Shown here piece after piece: positions 24,457 through 36,901 of a stretch of 64,000 nt of DNA. The notes under the pieces are model-generated. The model saw nothing but the letters and a program-made list of their open reading frames with translations. It made no database searches and was not told where the DNA came from. The translations under genes were made by a program, and so were the position numbers. Within the stretch, counting starts at the first letter, position 1. Each line of letters starts with the position of its first letter. This DNA comes from Antedon mediterranea (lineage: Eukaryota; Animalia; Echinodermata). The DNA is taken from contig NC_092676.1 of NCBI RefSeq assembly GCF_964355755.1, positions 17,626,871 through 17,690,870 on the forward strand, given 5' to 3'.

Positions 24457-26028
24457 GTAAGTAATCTTCTACTGTGGTAGGGGCGGATCAGTCCTATTTG
24501 GAATATAGCCAGCTTTTAAGTTTATTCTTTTTTTTTTATTTCTTGCCCTACTGAACCCTATGACACTTTTTAAAAGTCATGAACGCCACATAAATGGAAC
24601 GTGGTAACAGTGGTTTGGAGGAGATGGAATCTCTTACCAACCAAAATTAGAACAAATGTAACTAAAAAAATTATAAATTCAAATAATAATAACTCAAATG
24701 TCATGGCTAGCGAAGTTTTTTATCTACTTTTTATTTTTTTTCATTGTGTGTATGTGGTATATATTATACAAAAGAATAATTCAAACTTTTCACCTTGTTC
24801 AATGTATATAACAATGTAAATATTGCTACGTAATATAATATAATTAAAGAAAGTAGGATATATGGGTGTGTTATAAAATTAAATATTCTATAAAATATAG
24901 CCTTCAGGTATAGATCATTATTTGTTATTACTAGCATGCTCCGCACAGTCTTTTTCTGCCTTAATATGTTGTTATATACTTTGCATGGGCAAGTATAATA
25001 ACAGCGCACTTTGATAAAAGTACTTTGACAAATTATTAAAATAAAAACAAATTTTATCAGGAATAAAATTTGAAACTACTGTATTTCTGGCCATTGGTTT
25101 GTTATACACTATTCCTTCACTTCAATATATGTAGACCAACAAATTAAAGCAATAGTACAGTGGATATGGAACTTTGACTTTACTTTTGACTGGAAAATAA
25201 AAGACGCTTAAGAAAAATTGTGCTGTGTAAATTAGATGATGCGCGCAAACACATAACGAAAGTATAAAAATGCCAAACTATATTATTTTGGGTGTTTTCG
25301 TGGTGTATTAATTATTTGATACGTAGAGATAAAAAAAGTGGACAAAAATCGAATGAAAAACATGAATTAAGTTTATTTATGTACATTTTATTTTTATTTC
25401 ACTGGTTTTGATATTTTGCAATTTGTTACGTACTTGCTACTTTTGTTCATTTACATTTTTTTAATGTGTCTTTTTTTTTTTTCAATTTGTTTGTGTGTAT
25501 TTTTTCGTATTTTTTTTGCTAGTTTGTAATTGCATTGTGGTTTAATTTTGATTTTTAGCTTTAATTATTACACATGTCGCGGATTGAACTCGAACCTAGC
25601 ATTGATATCAATGGTCGCGGCGATTTGCTCACTGAGCCAAACCGTGATTTACAAAATACATTCTGTTCTAAGGATAGGTGTAATTAATTAAAACTTCAAC
25701 GGCGCGATCATTCGATATGGTTGACTAAAGACTGTTTATTTAGCGGCCCGGCATGGTATTTATAAACAACAGAGGAGGTTGCGTAGTTTATACAGTGACG
25801 TAACATGGTCGCTGAGATGTCAAATTACTGCTATTTTTTGCCTTTTTTTAGTGTTTATTCTTAAAATTCAGAAAAGTGACATAGCCTATTGTGTGCGGCC
25901 CCTCAATAAACATCAGTGTGCCAAATGTGAGCACGTACATTTCAGTGGTTTTGGAGGAGATACGTAAAATTACGCAAAAACTTTAGCATTTAATTTAGTA
26001 GCATTAATATATAGATTCTCATTCACAG

Positions 26029-26130
26029 CAGCAGCAAGTGTCGAACCTCCCACAACCATAGCACCAACTACTGTAGAAGCAACCACAAGAGAACCAACAA
26101 CGATACAACAATCTACCACAAACCAACTTG
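26029..26130 (+). CDS. Mosaic lectin gene: Thr/Pro-rich linker exon
   Basis: AASVEPPTTIAPTTVEATTREPTTIQQSTTNQL, 102 nt, phase 1-1, tandem CAG acceptors. Confidence 0.8.
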
Positions 26131-26172
26131 GTAACTATTTTCCTATTTAACTTCGGTATTTGCAATACAGTA

Positions 26173-28985
26173 TCTATATATAAATTATGATTAATTCTGA
26201 CATAGGCGAGCACAATGCAAAAACTTCGGTACAAATCTCCGCCTTGGATACCTACCTTATCTATCTCAGATGTACCGAGAAACGTAGTTTTCAGTTTGAC
26301 GCTATTATTCCATATTTCTATCTTAGGAAGATATTATAAAGAGTTTTTTAACAAAATATATGATTTCAACAGTAGATTTTCAACTCAATTTCAATTCTTC
26401 CCAGTCAAAGTAATTTCCGGGTTTATGATAAGTTCACCTTGCAACAACCTGGTTTCAACTATTTTCTCTCTTTTATACACAAGGGAGCAGTTAAAATAAT
26501 AGATTTGACCCTAAAGGTGACTGGAAACAGGCACTTTCCATCAATCAATACAGTGTCCCTTTGGAAGACGAAAAAAAAATAAATTGGCCATTAGTCATAG
26601 CCATTTCAGTTTTTTGTTTATTTTCAAACATACCGCACGTGTGTGTGAATTAGGTACAGTAGTTAAAAAATAGAAATTATACTGCAAATTAATAAAGATC
26701 AAATTGAATATACGCCATAAAGAATCGGAATATATTGTGGGGAATAGTATTATAAAATTACATATAGAGATTTGATGATAAGACATTTTGTTTAAAATCG
26801 AGTGAAATCCCGATAGCTGAGTTTTATTGAGTAAGCTGGCAGGAGTAACTGTAGGCTATCTTCCTGTGTCCCGTTAGGACCGAGATGTCTGCCCATGTTG
26901 CAAGCCGTAATGTCTTCTTTCTTGGGCCCACTCTGTCACGGCAGTTAGTTTCCAATAAAACATCACTTTGAATAATAATCCCCCCCCCCCCCCAACCCAA
27001 CTATCTAATAAACGTCCATCCACATTTATAACTAGAAAGCCACTCCGAGAGGGCATACCTCCGCCTACTGTAAAATTCTCCTACATAAGATTTCTCCGGT
27101 AAAAAAAATATATATATATATTTGTGTGTGTCTTAATGCTGTTTGTGATTTAGGCTAATTTCATTACAAGCATGTGTATGCAAGTTTGGTGTAATGGTTA
27201 TGTAACAAGCCTTTCAATTAACAGTAGCTTCAGTTGACTAACAATAGAACAGCAACGCGAAAATCAAACGAGTGAATTTGAAAAGAAATAGGTTTTTTAA
27301 ACTACTCGCATCAAAAAAACGTGCACATTAAATCAAATTATGTTTTAAAATTACAAATCACAAATTATAACTCTTGCCTCTTGTTCAAAAATGAAGTTTT
27401 TTGGACAAGTAGTTCTCGAGAAAATGCAATTTCAGTTTACTTGTTACTTTAAGACTGCTCGCCGGCTTTTGAAAAATTCTGTCCTATCTTTTAACACTAG
27501 CAGGTCTAAAAAAGTATACTAAAAAGTGGTCCAGAATTGGGACTGTGGTCCCAAATGGTCCCAAAATTTAATGGAATGGTCCTTGACCACATATCTATCT
27601 GTCTATTCATTTTGGTAAAGATCTTGTAATTACTTTTTGAGTAATCCTGCTAACAAACAAACAAACAAATGAAAGCACTCAGAAACTGAGTGAAATACTT
27701 GGCAAAATATATCCACTGACTCGGAGCATGTTGAAAGATACATTTTTTTTGCTTTAGGTATTAGCTTTACATTGTTAAAATCCTGCTGGGGTTAATAATT
27801 TGTTTAAATAATTTTTTGATACAAACAACTCCGGCATTGCAACAATGACCTTTCTAAAATCAAGATTTACCAGAATAATGATCGAGGAGTGTCTTGAAGC
27901 TGTACCGATTTGCGGCGCCTCTGCCTTAACCCATGTAGTAATATATCAATTTACCTGAAAATCAATAGGCATGTTCTGTAAGTATATACCTGATGAAATA
28001 AGGAAGGACACACGCTGGTGCTAACAAAACTAATTATCAACTTACAATAGTTTAATTTGAATAACAATAGAACACCAACGCGAAAAACAAACGGGTGAAT
28101 TTGAAAAGAAATAGGTTTTTTAAAACTACTCGTCTCAAAAAACCTGTACATTAAATCAAATTATGTTTTGAAAATTACAAATCACAATTTATAACTCTTG
28201 CCTCTTGTCCAAAAATGAGTTTTTTAGACAAGTGGTTGTCGAGAAAATGTAATTTCAGTACACTTGTTACTTTAAGACTGCTCGCCGGCTTTTGAAAATT
28301 GTCTCCTATCTTTTAACACTAGCCGGACTGACAATAATATCATTTTTATTATTTGTGAAGTTATTAATAAACCAATTTTGTTGATTTTCAATAGGCATGG
28401 TCTGAAGGTATATACCTATCTACACCCAAAAATTTAGAACGATAACTTGAAAAACTGTAGGTGCTATCGTGCTAACAAACAAACAAACAAACAAACAAAC
28501 ATACAAACATACATACAAACAAAGTGAATACTATACTTGGCAAAATTCTTTTTGCCAAGTAACAAACAAACAAACAAACACACGCTACCGATTACATATA
28601 CCTCCTTGGCGGAGGTAAATAACACAATTATACTATTTGTATTAGAATTCATCGCACTGTTATCAACAATTTACCAAGCATTTGTTATTCTTTTTTACCA
28701 CTTTTCATATCTATTAGAGGATTTCATTTGATTATAAATGTTACCATATTATTAAAACTAAAAAATTTAACATATATCCCTCGAATAAAGGGCCCTACCA
28801 AACAATAAAAACTATACTTTAAACTGTTATTAATCATCTAAAACACTTTGAAACAAAGTAGTTTAGTTTTACGAATGTCAAGCATTTTCAATAATGGTAA
28901 CCGACAGAAAACGTACAAGAAGAACATTATCATTCCGAGAACCATCGTCTGCACTTCCTAGAGGGGGAGCGAGCTCACCCTCTAG
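26173..28985 (+). mobile_element. Non-autonomous Helitron, copy 2 (intronic, with nested insertion)
   Basis: A|TCTATATATAAAT ... gagcgagctcaccctCTAG|T, colinear with 16363..17727 apart from the insert 27031..28618 and small indels. Confidence 0.8.
27031..28618 (-). mobile_element. Helentron-associated (DINE-1/HINE-like) element nested in Helitron copy 2
   Basis: Minus strand starts TTACCTCCGCCAAGGAGG, has a (gttt)n microsatellite, the 3' subTIR ggcggaggt, a short hairpin and a ctagt end. The site is empty in Helitron copy 1. Confidence 0.75.
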
Positions 28986-29307
28986 TTATATATTAATTTT
29001 TATTATTTTAATTTTGGATAAACTACAAACCTTTTAACATTTTCTTAGTAAATGAAAGTTTAAATTACCAAAATAATGGTTTAAAATTAAACTGCTAAAA
29101 ATTTGTTGGAACATATATATTATATTAATAGGCCACTATGTGATTTTGTGTCATTTTTTGTTAAAAGCAAAACTCCAGCTGATTAAGTTTCTCTAAAAAT
29201 TTGCCATTTTTCTAAAAAATGCTCAAGGGAGTCAAATCCAAGATGGCCACCAATACTTAAAATATCCAATAAATGTAACATATTGGACAAAGTAACACCC
29301 ATTATAA

Positions 29308-31290
29308 ACTAGACATGAAACTCGTCACTTTGACGAGTTAGTTATCCGCACCACGACAAACGTCACGTGCACGTCATACGTAGGAATATTGCACACAGAT
29401 AAAGATTATGGCATTATGACAAGAACTGAAGAATATGATATGCTGTTAGTGCTGAATTCTGTCAATTTTGTGTCATATAGTATACATGCAAACACTACAG
29501 TATAATCTGTATACATATTACATACAGTGTAGAATAGGTGAAATTACGGGACCCGCCATTTATTCCAATTTTTAACATGGCGACGGTATCAAAATGAAAC
29601 ACTTAGATAGCAATTTCAGAAGGAAATTATCTTAGGAACAACATATTAACGTGTAGAAGAAATTTGAATACGTAAAATATAGATGCGCACCCTTTTAAAT
29701 GTGATGAACTATTACGCAAAATATGAAAATACAACTTTTTTTATTCAACTGGCCATATGATGACGTCACAACATCCGATTGGCAAAATGTTTACATGAAT
29801 TCGTATCTACAATCCAATAGCTTCCAGAAAACGTTTTAATCGTGATTATCACATTTTATTCTTACGAGCTATTACAGAATAAAATTTACTGTAAAGATGA
29901 AATTAATGACCCACGTAATTGAAATTTTTAGGCATGATGACGTCATAAAAATTAAAATATTTTTATCTCGTGCTAAAGAAAGTTGATTGACCTACACAAT
30001 ATATAAATGTAGGAGAAAAAGGAATACAGATAAGCGTGATGCGCTCCATTGAATGTGATGAGCAATAACGAAAGAGACAAAAATCCTATATTTTACATTC
30101 GTGTGGCCATACGATGACGTCACAATGTTTTTTTTAGCCTTATCGATGCATGATCCGTTATCTACAACTCATCAACTTCTAGATTTTGTAATAAAAATAA
30201 ACGGTTCACGGTTTACTTTAGAAACTATGACTGTTTAAAAAAAGACAAAATTTTGACGATTTTTTAAGCTTTTTCATAAAAAACGCGCATGAAATGTTTA
30301 ATTCAACGTGTTCGTATGGCGTTATTTAAATTGGAAAAGGTCTAAATTGTTTTCAAAATTACTAGGAAAGGCTTGAAAAATATAATTCAAGAGAAAAAAA
30401 TATGTTTTTAACGCTACGTGCGCACCGCGTGCGTTAAAAATTGCGCGCCCGTGGGAATTTTTGACATGCTCAAAATGACAAGAAACGCTCAAAATGACAA
30501 GAAACGCATAAAAAGTTGATTAGAAATTAATTTTGCGCGTTTTGAAATTTTAAATGCGCGTGCGCGCGTAACTTCTTGTGAAACATGCCATTTTTAATCC
30601 GTAGAAAGTTTGCCCCTGATATGACTTAAATTTTGTCCAAGTGTCAATACTAAATGACTTTTGGTTTTTAATCTATGATCAATCATTGAAATTCATAAAA
30701 TTGCGCGTAAGTCACGTTGCGCAACTATGACGTCATTCAAAAATAGGAGGTGCACAACTTCACGTAAATGCCCATATGTTGTCAAAGTTATGAAATGTTA
30801 TGTTTACATGTTTTTGAGATACGTGAGACACAAAAATGAGGGAGAAAGAAATAAGAAAAACTAGATTTGAACTCGTCACTTTGACGAGTTCGGGTTATCC
30901 GCGCATACGCAACATACACGTACTTTAAACTATACGAACCTCGACAATTATTATGCCATCCTTTGACATGAAATAAAAATGTTTACAGTGCTGAATTGTA
31001 CCTATTATGTAGCATACACCATATTACAGTATTTTACAGAATAAACTGTATATATGTTATATACAGTGTAGCATAGACGGAATTACAAGACCCATCTTTT
31101 AAATCCAATTATTAACACGATGACATCATCAAATTGACATATAAATTGATAAAATAAACTTACTAATTGCGGATAACAAAAAAAAAACAGGACGATTACA
31201 AGGAGTGATAACTAATAATACAGAAAAAAACTGTTGATCTCATACAATAACAAGGAGTTATCCGCTATACCAAGCGGATAACTAATAATA
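29308..31290 (-). mobile_element. Second Helentron/HINE-like family (nested or tandem copies)
   Basis: SubTIRs gttatccgc / gcggataac and hairpin ctcgtcactttgacgag next to ctag at 29308 and 30861. An inverted partial copy lies at about 47170-47700. Confidence 0.6.
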
Positions 31291-32007
31291 TTTTTAGTTA
31301 AAATTAATGTCATATAGTCTAGGACCTGGGTCAGATTTGTATGCATTTAATGTAGGAGAGAATATCTCAACTGTTATAGGATAAATTTATCTAAACTACC
31401 CTCAGCCTAGATATAAAAAAATACAACATAATTAATATCTAAAAGTGATAAAACAGTAAAAATTTGTTCAAAATGCTTGGTAAATTTAACAACACTTGAA
31501 TTATTTAAATTATAAATAAACCGAATTAAATTTACACTATTTAATATACTCAGTTTTGTAAAAAAATAATATAACATTCACATTTTTCACAAAATTAGAT
31601 TACAGATTTTTAATACAAGCTGGGTAACAATGGATAGGATATTTTATGGGCTTTCATTTGATACCAAATAGTTCTTCCAAACACACAAATATTATATAAA
31701 TAAACATAACAATTACGCTACTTTTTGTATAATCAAAATATGCACATTTTCCATACAATTAGCTTCATAATTAAAAGTTTTCAATACAAGGTAGCAATGA
31801 GTAGCATATTGTGTATGCTTTCATTTGATACCATACAGTTTGTCCATTGAAATTTTAAAGAATAATTTGGTAATTTTTGGGTCAAAGATCAGTAAATACA
31901 TTTCCGGTCATTTTTTCGCTAAAAGCTGTATTAGACCGAATATAAATATGTATTTTCTGATTAAATATTGTGTAGTTATTAACCTTATGTTTTTTATTAT
32001 TTGTCAG

Positions 32008-32079
32008 CACAAATCACTACTTCAGAACCAACAACACCAGTACCTACAACCATAGTACAAACCACTGCTTTTCCAATTG
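32008..32079 (+). CDS. Mosaic lectin gene: Thr/Pro linker exon (AQITTSEPTTPVPTTIVQTTAFPI)
   Basis: 72 nt, phase 1-1, |gtaagc. Paralogous to exons at 46030, 47793 and 52103. Confidence 0.82.
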
Positions 32080-32159
32080 GTAAGCTGTTTATATTTATTT
32101 AAGTTATTTTACCTCCATCTGTCTACTTAGCATGCAACTCTAAAGAGTTCAAATCAATT

Positions 32160-33540
32160 CAGTGTTTTTCGGTCGTGGTATACACTGTCTAATGGATGTC
32201 CATCTTGAAAAATACCTGCAACCAATGATACGAAGATGCTTCGCATTTACCTATCTCCTTCTACGATAATTGTTTTTAATAGCTGAAAACCGGTTTAACA
32301 GGTCGAGCACAGCATCATAATGTTGAAGACAGGCTGATTTTCTTTAAAAAATACTATTTTGATAGATTTAATATACGTTTATACAAATGTATTGATTTTC
32401 AATAACAAGAACATCAATAATCAATAATAACAAAGCTCTAAAGGTCTGTAACATCTCATCCTTCACTGATAGGAGAATTGCTCACAGTCTCAAATTTGCC
32501 AAGGGAATATCTGAGACTGTTCATTCTGCTGATCTTTTACCGGTGACACGGTTTGAAAGTCATGGGAGGTTGCTCCGTAATAGTAATAACATTTCACAAT
32601 TACCATCCAGAACCGCCAGTTTCAGTAACAGCCCAATCCCTTATTTTATCCGCCTGCTTAACGCCTGATTTTCACTCATTTTTGTATAATTTTTTATTTT
32701 GTTTGTTTCAATTTTGTATATTTTTATTGGTCTAGGTACATGCATGTAAAAGTTACCCACAATCTGGCCTTTGGCCACTAGTGGTAACTTGTGGCATGGT
32801 GGTGTCTAATGTTTTTGATGTTTTATATGAAATAAAGAATAATAATAATAATAATAATAACATCATTTCAATAAACATTCCAATCTCTCAGTCTCTCCCA
32901 GTATAATTGTTTGGTTTAACACAAGTAGGTACATTTATGGGCCATTGGGGGAAAAAACTTAAAACCTTTAGATATTGCAATACTTTGACAATACTGTAAA
33001 TACATACTAACCACTGTTTTTTGGTCGCCATTTGAATCACAAATTTCTTACTGTGAGTGTGGGAACTCTTCGATATAAACACATACACAAATAAATTTAT
33101 TACTGTGAGTGTGGGTACTGATAGATAAACAAACTCTATTACAGTTGCTTCTTAATGTTTGTATTAATTAATAATTACAAAATATATAATCGTCGTAGTG
33201 GTGTATCGTTACATGTACTTTACTATTTCAATCGACTATGACAGTGAGAGTTTTAACACAAAGTATTCAATTGCAAATGTTCTACTATATTTAGTGGTAT
33301 ATTATTTATAGGCCAATAAAAAAAAGGAAAAAAAATATTTCGTTACTGTCAGTGGATAAAGAATATATTTAAAAATTGTTCCTCTTTGTACCCATCATCT
33401 TCCCCATCCCTCAACCTTAATATTTCATACAAAACACAAATTGGGTTTGTTTAAATGAATCCAAATATAAATTTGGACTTATTTGTGACAAGTTTCTCTT
33501 TCGGAAGTAATTCCCATGGTGCTAATTTTAGTTGTCTACA
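32160..33540 (+). repeat. Intronic segment duplicated at about 40695-42672 (dispersed element or part of the module duplication)
   Basis: Colinear blocks from gtgtttttcg.tcgtggtatacactg to gctaattttagttg.ctaca; each copy carries a different insertion. Confidence 0.7.
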
Positions 33541-34006
33541 GTACATAAAACTGTAAATGACAATGTATTATAGTCGTGCGGTACGTACATTTGAAATCGG
33601 AAGTTTTTTTACGCTGAAATTACTGTGTATTCGAACCATCTATGGTCACGACCTAGATCTAGTATTTTATAATATTAATAATGAAAATAAATGTAATTTA
33701 GTAGAGAAATTTGCCATTGTTTTTATTGGAGGTCGCATAGTTCCGGTCTTTCAACAACAAATTCTAATACACCACGCTTTCGCAAGAGCATGCACGAAGC
33801 ATTGTTGTTATGCCGTTGTTAAGGGGTCCGGTCTTCCACCAGTTTTTCACTATGCTAAGAAGATCTTAAGTTTGGAGCTCATGGTTTGTGATGATGTTAC
33901 ACACCTGAGATCTGATATTTGAGATGCCTAGCAAAACAAAGTAACAGAAAAATTGAACTATACTGTACGTATTTACATACTGGCAATGAATACAATTTAT
34001 TTTCAG

Positions 34007-34444
34007 CATGTAATTTTTACTATCAGTCATCACAGTATACAGCTTTTAGATTTGAATATTATGAAGGAATAAATGTGACTGAAGCAAAACATGAATGTGG
34101 ATTGTCAAATGGAAAACTTGCTAGTCTCACAACAGTTGAAGAAGTTGGATTTGTATCTCAATATCTTGACAATAACTGTCCAAACAATCAACCTAGTGGT
34201 GATCAATACTTAATTGGGTTATCCCGTGAAGCTGGATTAGAAAGATCAGATAACCAGAACTGGAAGTGGGAAACAGGAGAAGCTTTGGATTCATCTGTGA
34301 TACCATGGGGTCCAAATCAGCCTAGTAGAAGCAATAACAATAATGCTGTTGTTCGATTTCAACAAATAGAAAGACAAATGTTTGACAAAAAAACCGATTG
34401 AATGATATTGGACAGAAGTTCAATAGGTTTTCTTTGTGAATATG
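34007..34444 (+). pseudogene. C-type lectin domain exon 1 with in-frame TGA at 34399-34401
   Basis: CNFYY..EAKHECGLSNGKLASL..YLIGL..WKWETGE..WGPNQPS..MFDKKTD*MILDRSSIGFLCEY; 438 nt, phase 1-1. The paralogous exon has AAA (Lys) at this codon. Confidence 0.85.
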
Positions 34445-35552
34445 GTAAGCAAGAGCTACAATGGTTTCCTGTTAAAATTATGGGCAGAGATGTCTAAAAT
34501 AGTAAACCTTATGAGGGGCCCATAATTTTAACCAGAAACCCATATTAGGCAAAGTATATTTGGTTTATATTTTCGATTAAACATTAAAACACGCCTACTG
34601 TTTGTTTTTAGATCTAGTTTAAGTAGAGTCTAGAGTCCGGGATGACCGAGACACAACTGGTACTGACCGTGGTTAAATTAGACCGAGGGTGTATTCCCTT
34701 ACTTCTGTTTGGTTTGTTTTTTTTGCCATGGTTGGAATCCCTTTTATCATTTTAATTTATGTACAGCGCTAGAGGTTTCACACATTAGGCGCTATATAAA
34801 TCCAGGATATTAAAGTAAACTTTTATTTTAAAATTAGTAAACTTTTATCCGCGGCTTTCATGTTAAATGTCAGAGGAAGTAGGAAGAAGAGGCCAGGCTT
34901 TGTAAAAAGACAGCTCCCAAGTTTTAATACGGGAATGTTGGCGGCGCTGATTACTGCAACAGTCTCTTCTAGCTCTGTCCATTATGGGAAAGGGCCTCTG
35001 TTGTGACAAATTCTTTCCCAGTCCATTCCTATGTTGTCTTTCCATCTCTTCCTGCCTGCCACGTTACCGTGTCCAGTTAAGCTCGGAAATTCTTAATCTT
35101 GGAGCACTTGTAATGGTCTATGTTGAAATTTGATCTTTGTACGAGATGTATAGCAGTCAAATAATAATAATTATGAGAAACTGCCGAACTAAATACAGAA
35201 AGTTTAGTATGAAGTTCTGTTCTGAACACTGCTATGATGTGCAGATGTAGAAGAAATGAGTTTTACTAACGCAGAAGCTGAAACTATACCCTTTATACCA
35301 CAAATAAACTATAGACTAAATCCAACATGTGTGCAGTTACTAAGAAATGCTATTGTAATTGATATTATGTTCACATTTAATGAACAGAGCATGAGCAGCC
35401 CATGAGGGCCCTTAGGAGCCCATGGTCAGCCCAACTAATATGTTTTTCCAACTAAACTTTGTCACAACCCATAAGTGTGCTGTTCATTTCCCATTGTGCT
35501 ATCCTTTTGAAATTAATCCGTATAGAAATGTACATTACTATATCTATTTGAT

Positions 35553-35765
35553 TGTGCTACCTAATGTGCTATCCATTTGAAAGAATGTGCTATCCATTTG
35601 AAATAATGTGCTATCTATTTGAAATAGTGTGCTATCCATTTGAAAGAATGTGCTATCCATTTGAAAGAATGTGCTATCCATTTGAAAGAATGTGCTATCC
35701 ATTTGAAAGAATGTGCTATCCATTTGAAAGAATGTGCTATCCATTTGAAAGAATGACGTGCTACC
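35553..35765. repeat. 21-bp minisatellite (tgtgctatccatttgaaagaa), about 9 copies
   Basis: Directly visible tandem repeat; explains the periodic ORFs. Confidence 0.95.
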
Positions 35766-36901
35766 CGATAATCCTTATAGAATAATGTACAGTACAATTA
35801 TATCCATTTGATTGTGCCTTTTTTGGGTTTTTTGTTTTTAAATATGTTTTTCTATCCATTTTAAACGTGCTAAACCAGTTACATATTTTATATTTTTATA
35901 TCCATTCAAATAATTTTTTTAAAACACAATCGATTTACTCCAAAGTCTTTTGTTTATTCCATCATGTCATATTCAAGGAATCCCCCACAAGTGTTTCTCA
36001 GACCAGGGTCTATGCTATTTTTTAATAATGTACAAAAAATGAAATGAATACCATCATATTAATTATGTACGGAGAAAGCTCGAGCGGAAGTCGAGCGTTA
36101 CTTTTGCCAACAAGACGAAGCGCAAAACATTGTCAACGAATAAAAACACAGCGCGAAACATCTAAAATGATGTACAATTTCTTAAAACATAAAAACACAG
36201 AATATATTTCATTCATACTAAGGCTTGGATCTGGAAGAAGGGCCTTAAAAAATAAAACATGGCAAGATGTAATTAATCAAACAACGGCCAAAGAATACCA
36301 ACAATTTTAATTTAGGTTGCGATTCGTAATTACTACGGTGGTGGACTTAGGGCCTGTTTATGAACAGCAAGTATCCGGATAACTTGTCATCTTTTGGGGT
36401 CATTAATCATGCCTTAACGACCCTCAATGGCTTTTTTGAGTACCACCACCCAGACCAACCTCAGCCCGGCAAATTTGGAGTGTTGGCTTGTCCTCAGGGG
36501 AGTTGAAGGCGACCTTGCTGGATTAAACAATGTATTTTATGAGATAATCATGCAAATCAGTCTGAAAATAAGGCCATGAGTAGCCGGATAACTAGAAGTC
36601 TGTAAACGGTAGGGAGAATTTTGATTTAGCCTTGTCAGGAGAGACCTCTGGCATATCCAGATACTTGAAATGTTCATAAACACAACTAGTTTGCAATTAT
36701 AGTGACCCTTTATTTTGGAAAGAAAGATAGAAAAAGTTGTTTCCATCTCCATGTTAATACCAAGGCACTTTTCAATTTAAAATTCTGGCCTAGTCTTCTT
36801 GCAAGATCATTACAGCCCACTGGTAGAATAGTCCTTGAAACCGTCCGTAAAACACATTAATCACTCACATCAGTCACCGCTAATGGTTGAAAATGGTAAC
36901 C

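Noticed and set aside
25575-25645. tRNA gene on the minus strand
   Set aside because: Only box A/B-like motifs inside a repeat; no convincing cloverleaf.
34399-34401. Selenocysteine codon
   Set aside because: The aligned paralog residue is Lys, not Cys, and no SECIS can be assessed in this window.
35544-35797. Repetitive ORFs (MDSTFFQ, MCYPFER, HSFKWIA)
   Set aside because: Translations of a 21-bp minisatellite in several frames.
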